A stretch of DNA of 58,060 bases, taken from positions 1 to 58,060 of the forward strand of contig JARQWU010000036.1 in the NCBI GenBank assembly GCA_040182905.1, given 5' to 3'. Origin of the DNA: Barthelona sp. PAP020. Lineage: Eukaryota. The translations under genes and the position numbers were made by a program. The notes under the pieces were generated by a model. That model saw only the letters and a program-made list of their open reading frames with translations. It was not told the DNA's origin and did not search any database. Shown here piece after piece: positions 23,429 to 32,908 of the stretch (its first letter is position 1; each line of letters begins with the position of its first letter).

Positions 23429-24754
23429 ATGAGTTATACAAACAAACCTTTTATAAGAGGAAAATTGTTCCCTTTATTTGAGAACAAATTTTTTGAAATT
23501 ATTGATTCCAATCACACGACTTTTCGAGATGCTTTTGTTGAAATTTGCAAAAACCAGACTATGAAAATTGAATTAAAAAATAGTATTCCTTCACAAAATT
23601 ATCGGACGGTTATTCATTCGATAAGAAGGTTGTTTACTGAGGACAAAGATATGTTAACCTTTGGTATTGATCTAAGAGGTTTGGTTAAAGGAGTTTCATT
23701 ATCAAAAACTGAGAAAGATCGATTGAGATGTATTATTGATTTCAGTGTCAATTCTTTAACCCCTCAGGTTGATCCTTCACTGTATTCAGTTTCTTTCATT
23801 CCTGTTTTTGATGAATTTTCAGAAGGATGGTCAACACCATTTTTAAAACCAGCTATTGAATATTGCACGAATGATGATGATGATGACCTTATTGATTTTT
23901 CTTTGGGTGAGACCATTGGTCCTGTTAGCAATGATGATAGTGACACAGATAGTGTTTTTGATGAAAATATTTTGACAAAGCAATTTCCAAATTTTTTTCT
24001 AAATAGTTTTGACAATTCGCCAAATGAGAATGTAAATCATGAGTTGTTAATTTGCAATGAAATTTATGTTGTTTTAATCACAAGGCTTCGAGATAATGTC
24101 AGTCAAATGGAAAGATGGTTACACTATCCAATTCCCACGATAAATCGTGATCTATCATTTGAATACAATGAAAAGTTAGAATTAGAGGAGACTAGATGCA
24201 TTGAATTCAAGCAATTTTCCTTTTTTAGCTTGAAAACTGTTTGGATTGCCGTAAGATACATTAATGCTTATCTAAATTCCAATGGTGGTGAAATATGGAT
24301 TGGTATTACTGATGATGGTTATGTATGTGGTTCTTACATTGATGAATTTAGATCCCCTGTTTCTTCCCCAAGTAAAGATGTTGAAACCCAAATTGTTGAA
24401 ACTTTCAATTATTTTTTAAGAAATTTTGAGCCTGTTCCTTCAAAAGATTGTTGGTGTATTCAATTTTTTAAAGTTAAGGAAACTCCTCTTGAAGAAAGAC
24501 GATTTGTTGTGAAAATTAGCGTTGCACCTGTTCCTAAGGTTTGCTTTGTGTTAAATGAAATTGATGGAGAATTCTCTAATTGTAGCTTGGCTTATATTAA
24601 AAGAGATGCTTCAGTTATTCCAATGGATAAAGAACTCATTGCTTTAAGGCGATCGGAAATCTTATTAAGCGAATTAAAGTATGAAAAAAAGCATTTAAAC
24701 GATTGTGGTGTGTATCAATTTGAAGAATGTCTTGATGATGCAATGAATTATTGA
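23429..24754 (+). CDS. Schlafen/AlbA_2-domain protein
   Basis: EETRCIEFK...YINAYLNSNGGEIWIGITDDGYVCG...FVVKISV...AYIKRDASVIPM matches the Schlafen AlbA_2 pattern. The N-terminal ~240 aa are unrecognised. Confidence 0.85.
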   Translation: MSYTNKPFIRGKLFPLFENKFFEIIDSNHTTFRDAFVEICKNQTMKIELKNSIPSQNYRTVIHSIRRLFTEDKDMLTFGIDLRGLVKGVSLSKTEKDRLRCIIDFSVNSLTPQVDPSLYSVSFIPVFDEFSEGWSTPFLKPAIEYCTNDDDDDLIDFSLGETIGPVSNDDSDTDSVFDENILTKQFPNFFLNSFDNSPNENVNHELLICNEIYVVLITRLRDNVSQMERWLHYPIPTINRDLSFEYNEKLELEETRCIEFKQFSFFSLKTVWIAVRYINAYLNSNGGEIWIGITDDGYVCGSYIDEFRSPVSSPSKDVETQIVETFNYFLRNFEPVPSKDCWCIQFFKVKETPLEERRFVVKISVAPVPKVCFVLNEIDGEFSNCSLAYIKRDASVIPMDKELIALRRSEILLSELKYEKKHLNDCGVYQFEECLDDAMNY

Positions 24755-24839
24755 TAAAATGTTAATATTTTGTTTTTCCTATTTTTTATCAGTTTGGCCT
24801 TCCAACTTTTCCTTTGGGCGCAGTGTGGAGTGAGGGGAT

Positions 24840-25296
24840 TTTAATTTTCTTTTAGAGTTTGGAATTTTGAGATGACCAAACTGATTAATACTACTCTTGA
24901 TTATTCTTTCAAAGATAAAGGAAATAGGAAGCAAACATAACAATTGTTTGTGTCAGAAATTTGCATTTTTTTGGTTTCCTGGTTAAATTTGTCATAGTAA
25001 TAACAGCTTAATCTTTGTTTTGGTTGAACTCCAGCATTTAATGGGAGAAATTCTCACATTTGAAAAGATCATTTCATGAATTTGGAAATGGCTCTTTTTC
25101 TGATAAAGACAAATTTTGGTCGAAATCATTTTCAATAAAAGTTTTCAGGTTGAATCAGTTGATTTATGTCTCGCCAAAAGAAGAAACAAAGAAGGGAGAT
25201 TTGAGATATCTTTAACAGATAAATCATCAAACAAATCCTTCACTTTCACTTGAGCATTAATAGCAAAAGAATACATTCTATCAAAGCAACAGCTTA
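24840..25296 (-). pseudogene. Decayed coding relic, probable third copy (C) of the family at 2054-2700 / 47520-48133
   Basis: Interrupted frames LSCCFDRMYSF...DLFDDLSVKDISNLPSLFLLL...IFSNVRISP/...FNQETKK...FLFPLSLKE* share ordered short motifs with copies A and B. Similarity is weak and boundaries are approximate. Confidence 0.35.
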
Positions 25297-25348
25297 ATTA
25301 AAAAGTGTACAAATAAAAAATTCAGAAAAGTGCAAAATTTATTTTTCA

Positions 25349-28300
25349 CTAAATAAACTTAATTTCTCCACAATGCTCCAAAACATCAACTTCCAAAGGA
25401 ACAGTGGAAGCAAAAGCAATCACATACTTCACAGATGCAGATACTCTTGCATTAGTCTCATGCAAACCAAAATTCATTGAAATGGTTGTACATCTTTCAG
25501 TATCCCAATTCAACTGTAAGTGCTTCAAACCATCACAACAACCAAAAAAGAAAAACTTCTCACCTTTCGAAATCTTTTTTCCAGTATCTTCATTTGCAGC
25601 AACCAAATCTTCTTTAGTTTCCCTCATATTACAACCATATAATGCAGCCTTTGGTGCTTTACCTTTAATGAAAGAAACAGAACAACATAAAGGAGTGACA
25701 ATATTTTGACCAGGCTGAGGCTTAATCAATACACAATTCTTTCCCATTTGTTCCCAAAAACCAGTTGGAAGATTATTTAAACGTACAGTAAATTCCAAAG
25801 CATAACCATAATGTGACTTCATTGGTAAAGCCACAGTAACAGCAGAAAAATTCTTCAACATCAGTGAATATGGCATCCACCATATTCCATCATCAGAATC
25901 TCCATCAACCTCATTATTTAGGAGTTTTCTGGCTTTGGCAGTCCACAACCTGGAATTATCTGAAAAAGGTCCAGACCATTCTTGATGTCCCCAAGGATTT
26001 CTAATTTTAACTAGGGTATGTAGCTTTCCATCTGATCCTTTAACATCAGTGGCAACGTCTAATAAAGAAAATGCATGACCATCAACAATACCTGAAGATT
26101 TTGAACGATCTCCTTGACCTTTATTGGGACTACTGACAGAAAACATTACGGAATTGTTTTGTTTAGCATAAATCATCAATTGCAATAACAATTCTCGCAT
26201 ATCGCTATCAGAGACAATATCTTTGGTAAAAATACAATCAGATATTGAACGAATAAAAGCAAAATAACCTAAGGATGCTGAACCACCGTTACCAATGTTA
26301 CTGTATGAACCATTAAGCATTGCAAAAGATTTCTCTAATATGCTCACCCACATTTCTTCAATTTTTCTTGATCTACCATATTTTAACCCTCCATAAGGTA
26401 AAATGCTATCGACAATAAAGAATTGAGGTCGGAAATTATGATATAGTTTGATTAAAAAGATTCCTTTTTCAACATTACTGTAACAAATAATATCATCAAT
26501 CAGTTCTTTACCATGTGGATGATAAGCTATTGTTGCAATAGAACTAATCAGATAACAATCCCCAATTTCACCTTGCTTAACATCATTATAATCTGGATAA
26601 TCAGTGTACACTGTTGGACTTTCATGTTTAAATGCCTTGGGTTGCAAATTGCTCGGAAGATTAAATTCACGATTGATATATTTTTCATTTCCACGCAACC
26701 TTTGATTGATTCTTTCGACTTCTTCACGCATAGTTTCTAGACGTTGAAGATCTTCTTTAGATAATCTTATAGCTTCAAGGAAACCATTGCTTTGTCCAAC
26801 ATTTTGACTTGGTTCAACTTCAAGGAAAGAATTAAATTGTTCAGCCAAACGTTCAAGAGCTTCTCTTTCTTCTTGTTTTCTTTGATCTTCTAAACGTTGC
26901 AACTCTTGTTGTTTTCGACGATCTTCTTCTTCTTTTTGTCTTCTTTCCCTTTCTAACTGCTGTCTTTTTAATTCTTCCTCACGCTTTAACCTTTCTTCCT
27001 CTTTACGTCTTTGCTCTTCTCTTAATTGTCTTTGACGTAATTTTTCCGCTTCTTCTCTTCTTTTTATTTCTTCTTCTTGCCTTTGAAGGGTGGCTTGTCT
27101 TTCTGCTTCCAAACGTTGACGATCATTTGTTTCTGAAAGACTTTCCATTTCCATGAATTGCCTTTCCAATTCCGCCAATTGCTCCCTTTCCTCTTGAAGT
27201 CGCTTTGCCTCCAATTCTCCCAATTGAATACGCTCAAGCGTTTCTTTTTTCTTTCTTTCTTCTTCTAAAATACGTTGTGCATCTCTTGTTTCTTTCAAAA
27301 TATGATTCGTTTGATCATACTGACCTCTTAAATCATTTAATTGTCGTGAAATTTCAGGAATATTCATGGCATGTAATTCATCAATAATATAACTGTATCT
27401 TGCACAATCATAAGCCAAATTAACGATATTGTTAATACTGAAATCATGAACATTCATTGATTGAAAGATAGAAAGCATAGCATCTTTTTCTTTAAAACTA
27501 CCTACACTACCAATATAACCATTTTGAACAATCATTTGTTGATATTTGGAAGGAGCATAACGAACAAATTGCAAACAAACTGTCCAATTTTGATCAAGTG
27601 AATGAATCAATTTCTGTATATGAGATGAGAGTGTTTGTTCATTCATGGAACTGATGATTTCAAAATATGTTTGTTTATAGATGTTAACCTGTTCTTCAGC
27701 AATTCTTTTATATGTTGCTTCAAGTTCATTCAATTGTGCCTCAAAATCTTTATTGATATGATAATTTTGAATTTCAAAAAAGATAGTTTGCAATTGATTT
27801 TCAAATTCAATACACTTGGAAGGTATGGAAGAATAAGAAATGTTTGAATTGTTGGAACCAATCGTGAACATTGTTTTTCTTTGTTGAACTTCCTTAGCAA
27901 GAACAGAAACATCTGCTACAACAGAAACCTTTTTAGCTTTGGCCATATTTTCATCAAAATATTCTAATTGTTTGTTAAAATTGTCATCATCTTCATCCTC
28001 TTGTTCTTTTCTTTGTCTCAAATTATTTCTTTCTCTTTCTCTTCTTTCTCTTTCTTCTTGTAATCTTTTTTGTTCTTCTAACATTCTACGTTCCTTTTGT
28101 GCTTCTTCTTCTTCAAATCTTTTATTGAAATTATTGATTTCTGCTTGTTCTAATTTCCAAATATCAAAATCTTTCAAAAATTCTTGTCTTTCTTCATTGC
28201 TAATCAATGATAATTCTTCTTCTGTTAAGAAGATTGATTTGGATTGTAAATATGAACTTAATTCAGTTAAATCAGCAAGTTGCTTGTTATATGCTAAATG

Positions 28301-31051
28301 AATTATCTCCAAATAATCTTTGGCAATGGAACGCTTCAATAACTCTTGTTTCTTTAATTCAATCTTATATTGTTTGTTTAGCCCTCTATTAACATATATA
28401 GACATTTCATCATTGTGCAAATTTTTATCAGTTGATACATTTATTTCACCATTTTGTTGTTTTACTTGTTTACTTTCTTCAATTAACCCACTACTTAGAT
28501 ACTTTTTGATGTTATGTAATGATAAACTATTGTTTAATCTAAATTTCAACCTTATAGCTAAAAAGAATGCTACAACCATGAAAAAAACACCAAAACCTAT
28601 TTGTGGAGTGGTTTTATAAGCTAAATATGAAGAACTCCATACAACAGCTGTTCCAAAAACTAGATAAATCACAATAATATATTTATCTACTAATTGAATC
28701 ATTTTTGTCAAAGGATTCATTGAATAAGCAGGTAAAATATCAATTGAAAAATAAAACTCCTTTGTTGAATCAATTGGTAATTTTGAATAACTGTAAACAA
28801 ATAAACAAGATGATACTACACAAACTAAAGAAGAAACACCCCAAAAAATACCTGTACCTTGTAATAGAATCAAAATTCCAATAATCAATGAAAAAACAAT
28901 CATTGTTGCTACAAAGACTTTAGTAATTGTACCTCTAAAACTACGTTGATGATTTTTTTCATGATAAAAATGCAATAATAAGAAAACAGCCATTTGTATA
29001 ATAATCATTGCTAATAATGATGCAATGATAAACAATATATCATTACGGAAAGATTTAGCACCAAAATAACATCCACATAAACTTAAAATAGCATCAATAC
29101 TTAATGTTATGATGACAAATGCAGTATATTCACATTTATTATCAATATAAACAACAAAAGGCAAAATTATAAACTCAATCAACAATAATCCAAGGACAGA
29201 AACATTCAATATCAAAGAAAATACTATCACAAGTACAAAAGAAACAGCTGCTAGAACCCAAAAAGTTAAATCAATGGACAAAGTGTCAAAATAATACTTT
29301 AAAGCACCAACATTAAAGATAAAACTCAGACTCAAAAATATGTACATTAAACCAGGACTGGTAGTTGTATCAATAAAGGTCAGCAAAAGTCCAGATACTA
29401 AAGAGATAACAATAGACACAATTAATAATATCATACCGACAGTTTGCAAAGGTTTGAGTGATTCAGTCTTGGAATTATTCTTTAACAAACTACTGTAATC
29501 AATGATAGAAAATAGTTTCTGTGCAATGATTGCTAGACTGGTAATCAAAGGTAAAGAAGGTAAAGTACAACCTAAAATATTACTCTTTGTAATTAGAACC
29601 ATAATAATATCAGCTATTATCAATACAATTGTAAAGAATATCCCTGGATACACTAACCCTTGTATATATTGCTTTATTATAGCATTGAATTGTCCAGTTA
29701 ACTCCTCAATATTCTTTTGGCCTACCGTTTTTTGTTTATCCTTTGTTTCTGTTGAATCAACGGTATTAGAATCAACATTAACTTCAGTATCTTGATGGGC
29801 ATCTCCAGGATCTGTAACAGTAACGACATTTTGAGATAAAATTAAATTCTTTAATTCCACCATCTCTTTGGGAATATTCCTTGCTTTCATGATGAAATAA
29901 ATCCATAAAGCAAAAATAACTGTTATTAACACTCCAAAAATTCCAAATTCCCATTGTTCATGTGGATTCTCCAACATATTAATGGCTTTCAAAGGAAATC
30001 CAGAGGGCTTGATAAAAGCAATTGCAAATATGATTAGATACCAAATCATTAAGGTCAATAAAGTAAAAGACGTTGAATTTGCTCGCTTTCCAATCTTCAA
30101 AAAGGCATGTTCTGATAAATCCACAGATTGTTCCTCAACACTACTAACTATGAGGAAATACTTCATCTCACTGTTAGATGAGTCTCCATCATTCAGCAAA
30201 CTCAACCTAAAAATATTGAACAAAATAACAAACAATAAGGTATTACCAAGGAACCAATAATTCATGGTGAACATACCCATCAACACTCTAGATGTAGCCA
30301 AAGCAATAAATAGCCAGAAAGGACTGTTCTTTAATTTCTTACTTGGATGAATCAAAATTAGAAAATCAATTACACAAACATTAAACAAAGTAACAAACCC
30401 TAAATATCTACTGTTTGAATCATTTAACATATGCATGATAGCATATACAAATAGCACAATCACATTGAAGAAATAGCTTCCAATCTTGATTAAAGCCGAA
30501 TATTCAACAAAAATATTTGGATTGGTGTAATCAATATCCTTTGTTTGCTCATCTAAGATGGGAGTAGAACTATTGGAAAGACAAAATATGTATAAAGGTA
30601 ATAAAGAAACTGAACACATAAAAAATGTAATGCCCATGTAACTATATGTACTATTACCAATAGTAATAATCATAAAAGTGATAAATATCAAAAAAACAAT
30701 AGAATATTGTAAAATTTTCATTGATTTCGTCAAATTCCCATAATATTGATACAATACAATAAATAAGCCAAGTGTTAATGGAACAAACATAAATATAAAA
30801 CTGATTGCAAACCATGTTTGAAAAGGCACTTCATCTACTTGCATAAATCCAATTAAAAATCCAAGAATTATGGAAGCAATAAAAAGAATACCTTCAAAAA
30901 TAATGATAAAAGGTCCTAAAAACGATTTCCATTTTAATTCTTTGATTAAATCCTCAAGAAATGATATTTCTCCTTTAGTAAGGTAAAAAATTACACTAAA
31001 TAATACTGTACAAATACAATACGGTATAAGTATTGGTGTAATTCCACTCAT
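25349..31051 (-). CDS. Large multipass-membrane calpain (DEK1-like TML-CysPc architecture), 1900 aa
   Basis: Roughly 20 hydrophobic segments (by eye) in the first ~830 aa, then E/R/K/Q-rich helical linkers, then CysPc with QGEIGDCYLISSIA, WVSILEKSFA, GHAFSL, KIRNPWGHQEWSG and DGIWWM. Confidence 0.9.
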   Translation of the reverse strand: MSGITPILIPYCICTVLFSVIFYLTKGEISFLEDLIKELKWKSFLGPFIIIFEGILFIASIILGFLIGFMQVDEVPFQTWFAISFIFMFVPLTLGLFIVLYQYYGNLTKSMKILQYSIVFLIFITFMIITIGNSTYSYMGITFFMCSVSLLPLYIFCLSNSSTPILDEQTKDIDYTNPNIFVEYSALIKIGSYFFNVIVLFVYAIMHMLNDSNSRYLGFVTLFNVCVIDFLILIHPSKKLKNSPFWLFIALATSRVLMGMFTMNYWFLGNTLLFVILFNIFRLSLLNDGDSSNSEMKYFLIVSSVEEQSVDLSEHAFLKIGKRANSTSFTLLTLMIWYLIIFAIAFIKPSGFPLKAINMLENPHEQWEFGIFGVLITVIFALWIYFIMKARNIPKEMVELKNLILSQNVVTVTDPGDAHQDTEVNVDSNTVDSTETKDKQKTVGQKNIEELTGQFNAIIKQYIQGLVYPGIFFTIVLIIADIIMVLITKSNILGCTLPSLPLITSLAIIAQKLFSIIDYSSLLKNNSKTESLKPLQTVGMILLIVSIVISLVSGLLLTFIDTTTSPGLMYIFLSLSFIFNVGALKYYFDTLSIDLTFWVLAAVSFVLVIVFSLILNVSVLGLLLIEFIILPFVVYIDNKCEYTAFVIITLSIDAILSLCGCYFGAKSFRNDILFIIASLLAMIIIQMAVFLLLHFYHEKNHQRSFRGTITKVFVATMIVFSLIIGILILLQGTGIFWGVSSLVCVVSSCLFVYSYSKLPIDSTKEFYFSIDILPAYSMNPLTKMIQLVDKYIIVIYLVFGTAVVWSSSYLAYKTTPQIGFGVFFMVVAFFLAIRLKFRLNNSLSLHNIKKYLSSGLIEESKQVKQQNGEINVSTDKNLHNDEMSIYVNRGLNKQYKIELKKQELLKRSIAKDYLEIIHLAYNKQLADLTELSSYLQSKSIFLTEEELSLISNEERQEFLKDFDIWKLEQAEINNFNKRFEEEEAQKERRMLEEQKRLQEERERRERERNNLRQRKEQEDEDDDNFNKQLEYFDENMAKAKKVSVVADVSVLAKEVQQRKTMFTIGSNNSNISYSSIPSKCIEFENQLQTIFFEIQNYHINKDFEAQLNELEATYKRIAEEQVNIYKQTYFEIISSMNEQTLSSHIQKLIHSLDQNWTVCLQFVRYAPSKYQQMIVQNGYIGSVGSFKEKDAMLSIFQSMNVHDFSINNIVNLAYDCARYSYIIDELHAMNIPEISRQLNDLRGQYDQTNHILKETRDAQRILEEERKKKETLERIQLGELEAKRLQEEREQLAELERQFMEMESLSETNDRQRLEAERQATLQRQEEEIKRREEAEKLRQRQLREEQRRKEEERLKREEELKRQQLERERRQKEEEDRRKQQELQRLEDQRKQEEREALERLAEQFNSFLEVEPSQNVGQSNGFLEAIRLSKEDLQRLETMREEVERINQRLRGNEKYINREFNLPSNLQPKAFKHESPTVYTDYPDYNDVKQGEIGDCYLISSIATIAYHPHGKELIDDIICYSNVEKGIFLIKLYHNFRPQFFIVDSILPYGGLKYGRSRKIEEMWVSILEKSFAMLNGSYSNIGNGGSASLGYFAFIRSISDCIFTKDIVSDSDMRELLLQLMIYAKQNNSVMFSVSSPNKGQGDRSKSSGIVDGHAFSLLDVATDVKGSDGKLHTLVKIRNPWGHQEWSGPFSDNSRLWTAKARKLLNNEVDGDSDDGIWWMPYSLMLKNFSAVTVALPMKSHYGYALEFTVRLNNLPTGFWEQMGKNCVLIKPQPGQNIVTPLCCSVSFIKGKAPKAALYGCNMRETKEDLVAANEDTGKKISKGEKFFFFGCCDGLKHLQLNWDTERCTTISMNFGLHETNARVSASVKYVIAFASTVPLEVDVLEHCGEIKFI

Positions 31052-31590
31052 AAAAAAAAATAAAAATAGAAAATCCGTTCAAACATTCAACATTTCTTTA
31101 TCTTGAATAAAATGAATGGATAATTAAAGTAAATTGAACAAAAATAAAAATAACGCCATAAGATGATACAAAACATGAAGAATGATGTGTCAATTCAAAA
31201 TTATGTGAATATGGATATTGGAATGTATAGGATGAAAAAATAATCAAAAAATACAGATGGTTGATTAATACAATGCCAAAATGACAAATTTAATATGTTG
31301 TAATCGAAATTTATTTCAATGCTAAAACACAGATTCACTTTCTCTGTTTTTTTTTGTCAAATATCGAAAAGGAATGCCCAAAAACTCTGGAGCAGACCTT
31401 CGAATATTCTTTGTATCAAAGGAAGTAACTGAAAACAACACAATTGTATGAATGACTTTGATTTTATATCATGGGTTTTTTTTTTTGAGAATTTGAATTC
31501 TTTGTAACTGAAATATATTTATTAAATTTTTAAAAAAATCACTTAAAAATAAAAAAAAACACCTATTGAAAGACATTTTTTTATGATTGA

Positions 31591-32610
31591 ATGAATTGGA
31601 ATTATAACATTGATGATAATTTTGACGAATATAATTCCAATGTAATTAAAAAACTCAAAAGAAATATAGAATGTCCAATTTGTTACGATATTTTCAATAT
31701 ACCTGTTTGTTTAAAGAATTGTGGACATATTTTCTGTTCTTCGTGTATCCGACAACATGTTGAAAAACAACATCATTGTCCTATTTGTCAGACAAGCACA
31801 GGACAAAATGAAATAATATCTTTACCTTCATTACAATCGTTTTGTAATGAATGGAAAGACAACAATGATCATATACAATCGTTGGATGTAATTGATAATT
31901 CTGATTATAAAAGGGAACCCTCTATAACCATTTCATCTCCCTCAAAAAATTTTTCCCCAAAGTCTCCTAATTCCCCTGAATCACCGTTATCTAAAACTTT
32001 AGTTCCAAAATTAAGACCTTTGAGATTACCTCCATTTTCTAAAATTAAGAACACTGAAATAAAGAATTTCTTAACAAAATACAACATCAAGTTTAAAAAG
32101 AATGAAAATAGAGACAAATGGATTGAAAAGTATAAAGTATTTACAAGAGAATATAATTATTTCTTGGATAAATATCAAAAGAATCCTTCAAAAGACGACA
32201 TTTCAAAAATTAGTCGGAACGTAGAAAGAGTGTTTTCTCCTTTGTATCAGAGTTTTCAGCAAGTTTCAAGAACATCGAAGAAAATGAATGTGGAAGTTGA
32301 TGATTTAGATTCTTTCAATAATAATGGGCAATTAACTTTACCTGATGGATGGACTTGTTTTGCAATTCCAAATGAATCGGGAAAATTTGCATATTGGAAT
32401 GAGGAACTTCACAGGTTACAACTATTTCCCCCTTCTGGGATGAATCCACAAAATGCCATTCAATTAACCACTACAAAACTTCCAAAAATGGCTGAAATAG
32501 AAAAAGAAGAAGACTTGAAGTTGGAACACATTGAAAATGCAGAGAATAAACAAATTGTTTCTGAATTTATCATTCAAAGCAGTGATGAAGATGATGTTAT
32601 TCTTTGTTAA
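31591..32610 (+). CDS. RAD18: RING-HC + SAP-like E3 ligase, Rad18-like, with C-terminal WW-like domain
   Basis: CPIC...CGHIFCSSCIR...CPIC RING. RPLRLPPFSKIKNTEIKNFLTKYNIK...WIEKYKVFTREYN parallels the Rad18 SAP region. LPDGW...GKFAYWN...FPP is WW-like. Confidence 0.65.
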   Translation: MNWNYNIDDNFDEYNSNVIKKLKRNIECPICYDIFNIPVCLKNCGHIFCSSCIRQHVEKQHHCPICQTSTGQNEIISLPSLQSFCNEWKDNNDHIQSLDVIDNSDYKREPSITISSPSKNFSPKSPNSPESPLSKTLVPKLRPLRLPPFSKIKNTEIKNFLTKYNIKFKKNENRDKWIEKYKVFTREYNYFLDKYQKNPSKDDISKISRNVERVFSPLYQSFQQVSRTSKKMNVEVDDLDSFNNNGQLTLPDGWTCFAIPNESGKFAYWNEELHRLQLFPPSGMNPQNAIQLTTTKLPKMAEIEKEEDLKLEHIENAENKQIVSEFIIQSSDEDDVILC

Positions 32611-32908
32611 AGTTTAAATGTTTATTCTTCATCAAAATGATCTGAAAATTTTTGATATATTCAAGATGAAAGAACTTTTGTTTTTTTTTTGCTCACACTG
32701 ATGTTATTTGGGGTTGGAATTATATTATACTCCCTAATTACGTTGAGAATAATGTGTTTGAAAAAGGAATGAAAGACAATTTTCTTTTCAATTTGCAAAT
32801 ATTCAACCAAGCACAGAAATATAAATAAACATATATTCATTGTGATGAATAGCTTTATATCTTCTGTTGATGGTTATTTAAAAAAGAAAATTAAATATTT
32901 ACAACAAA

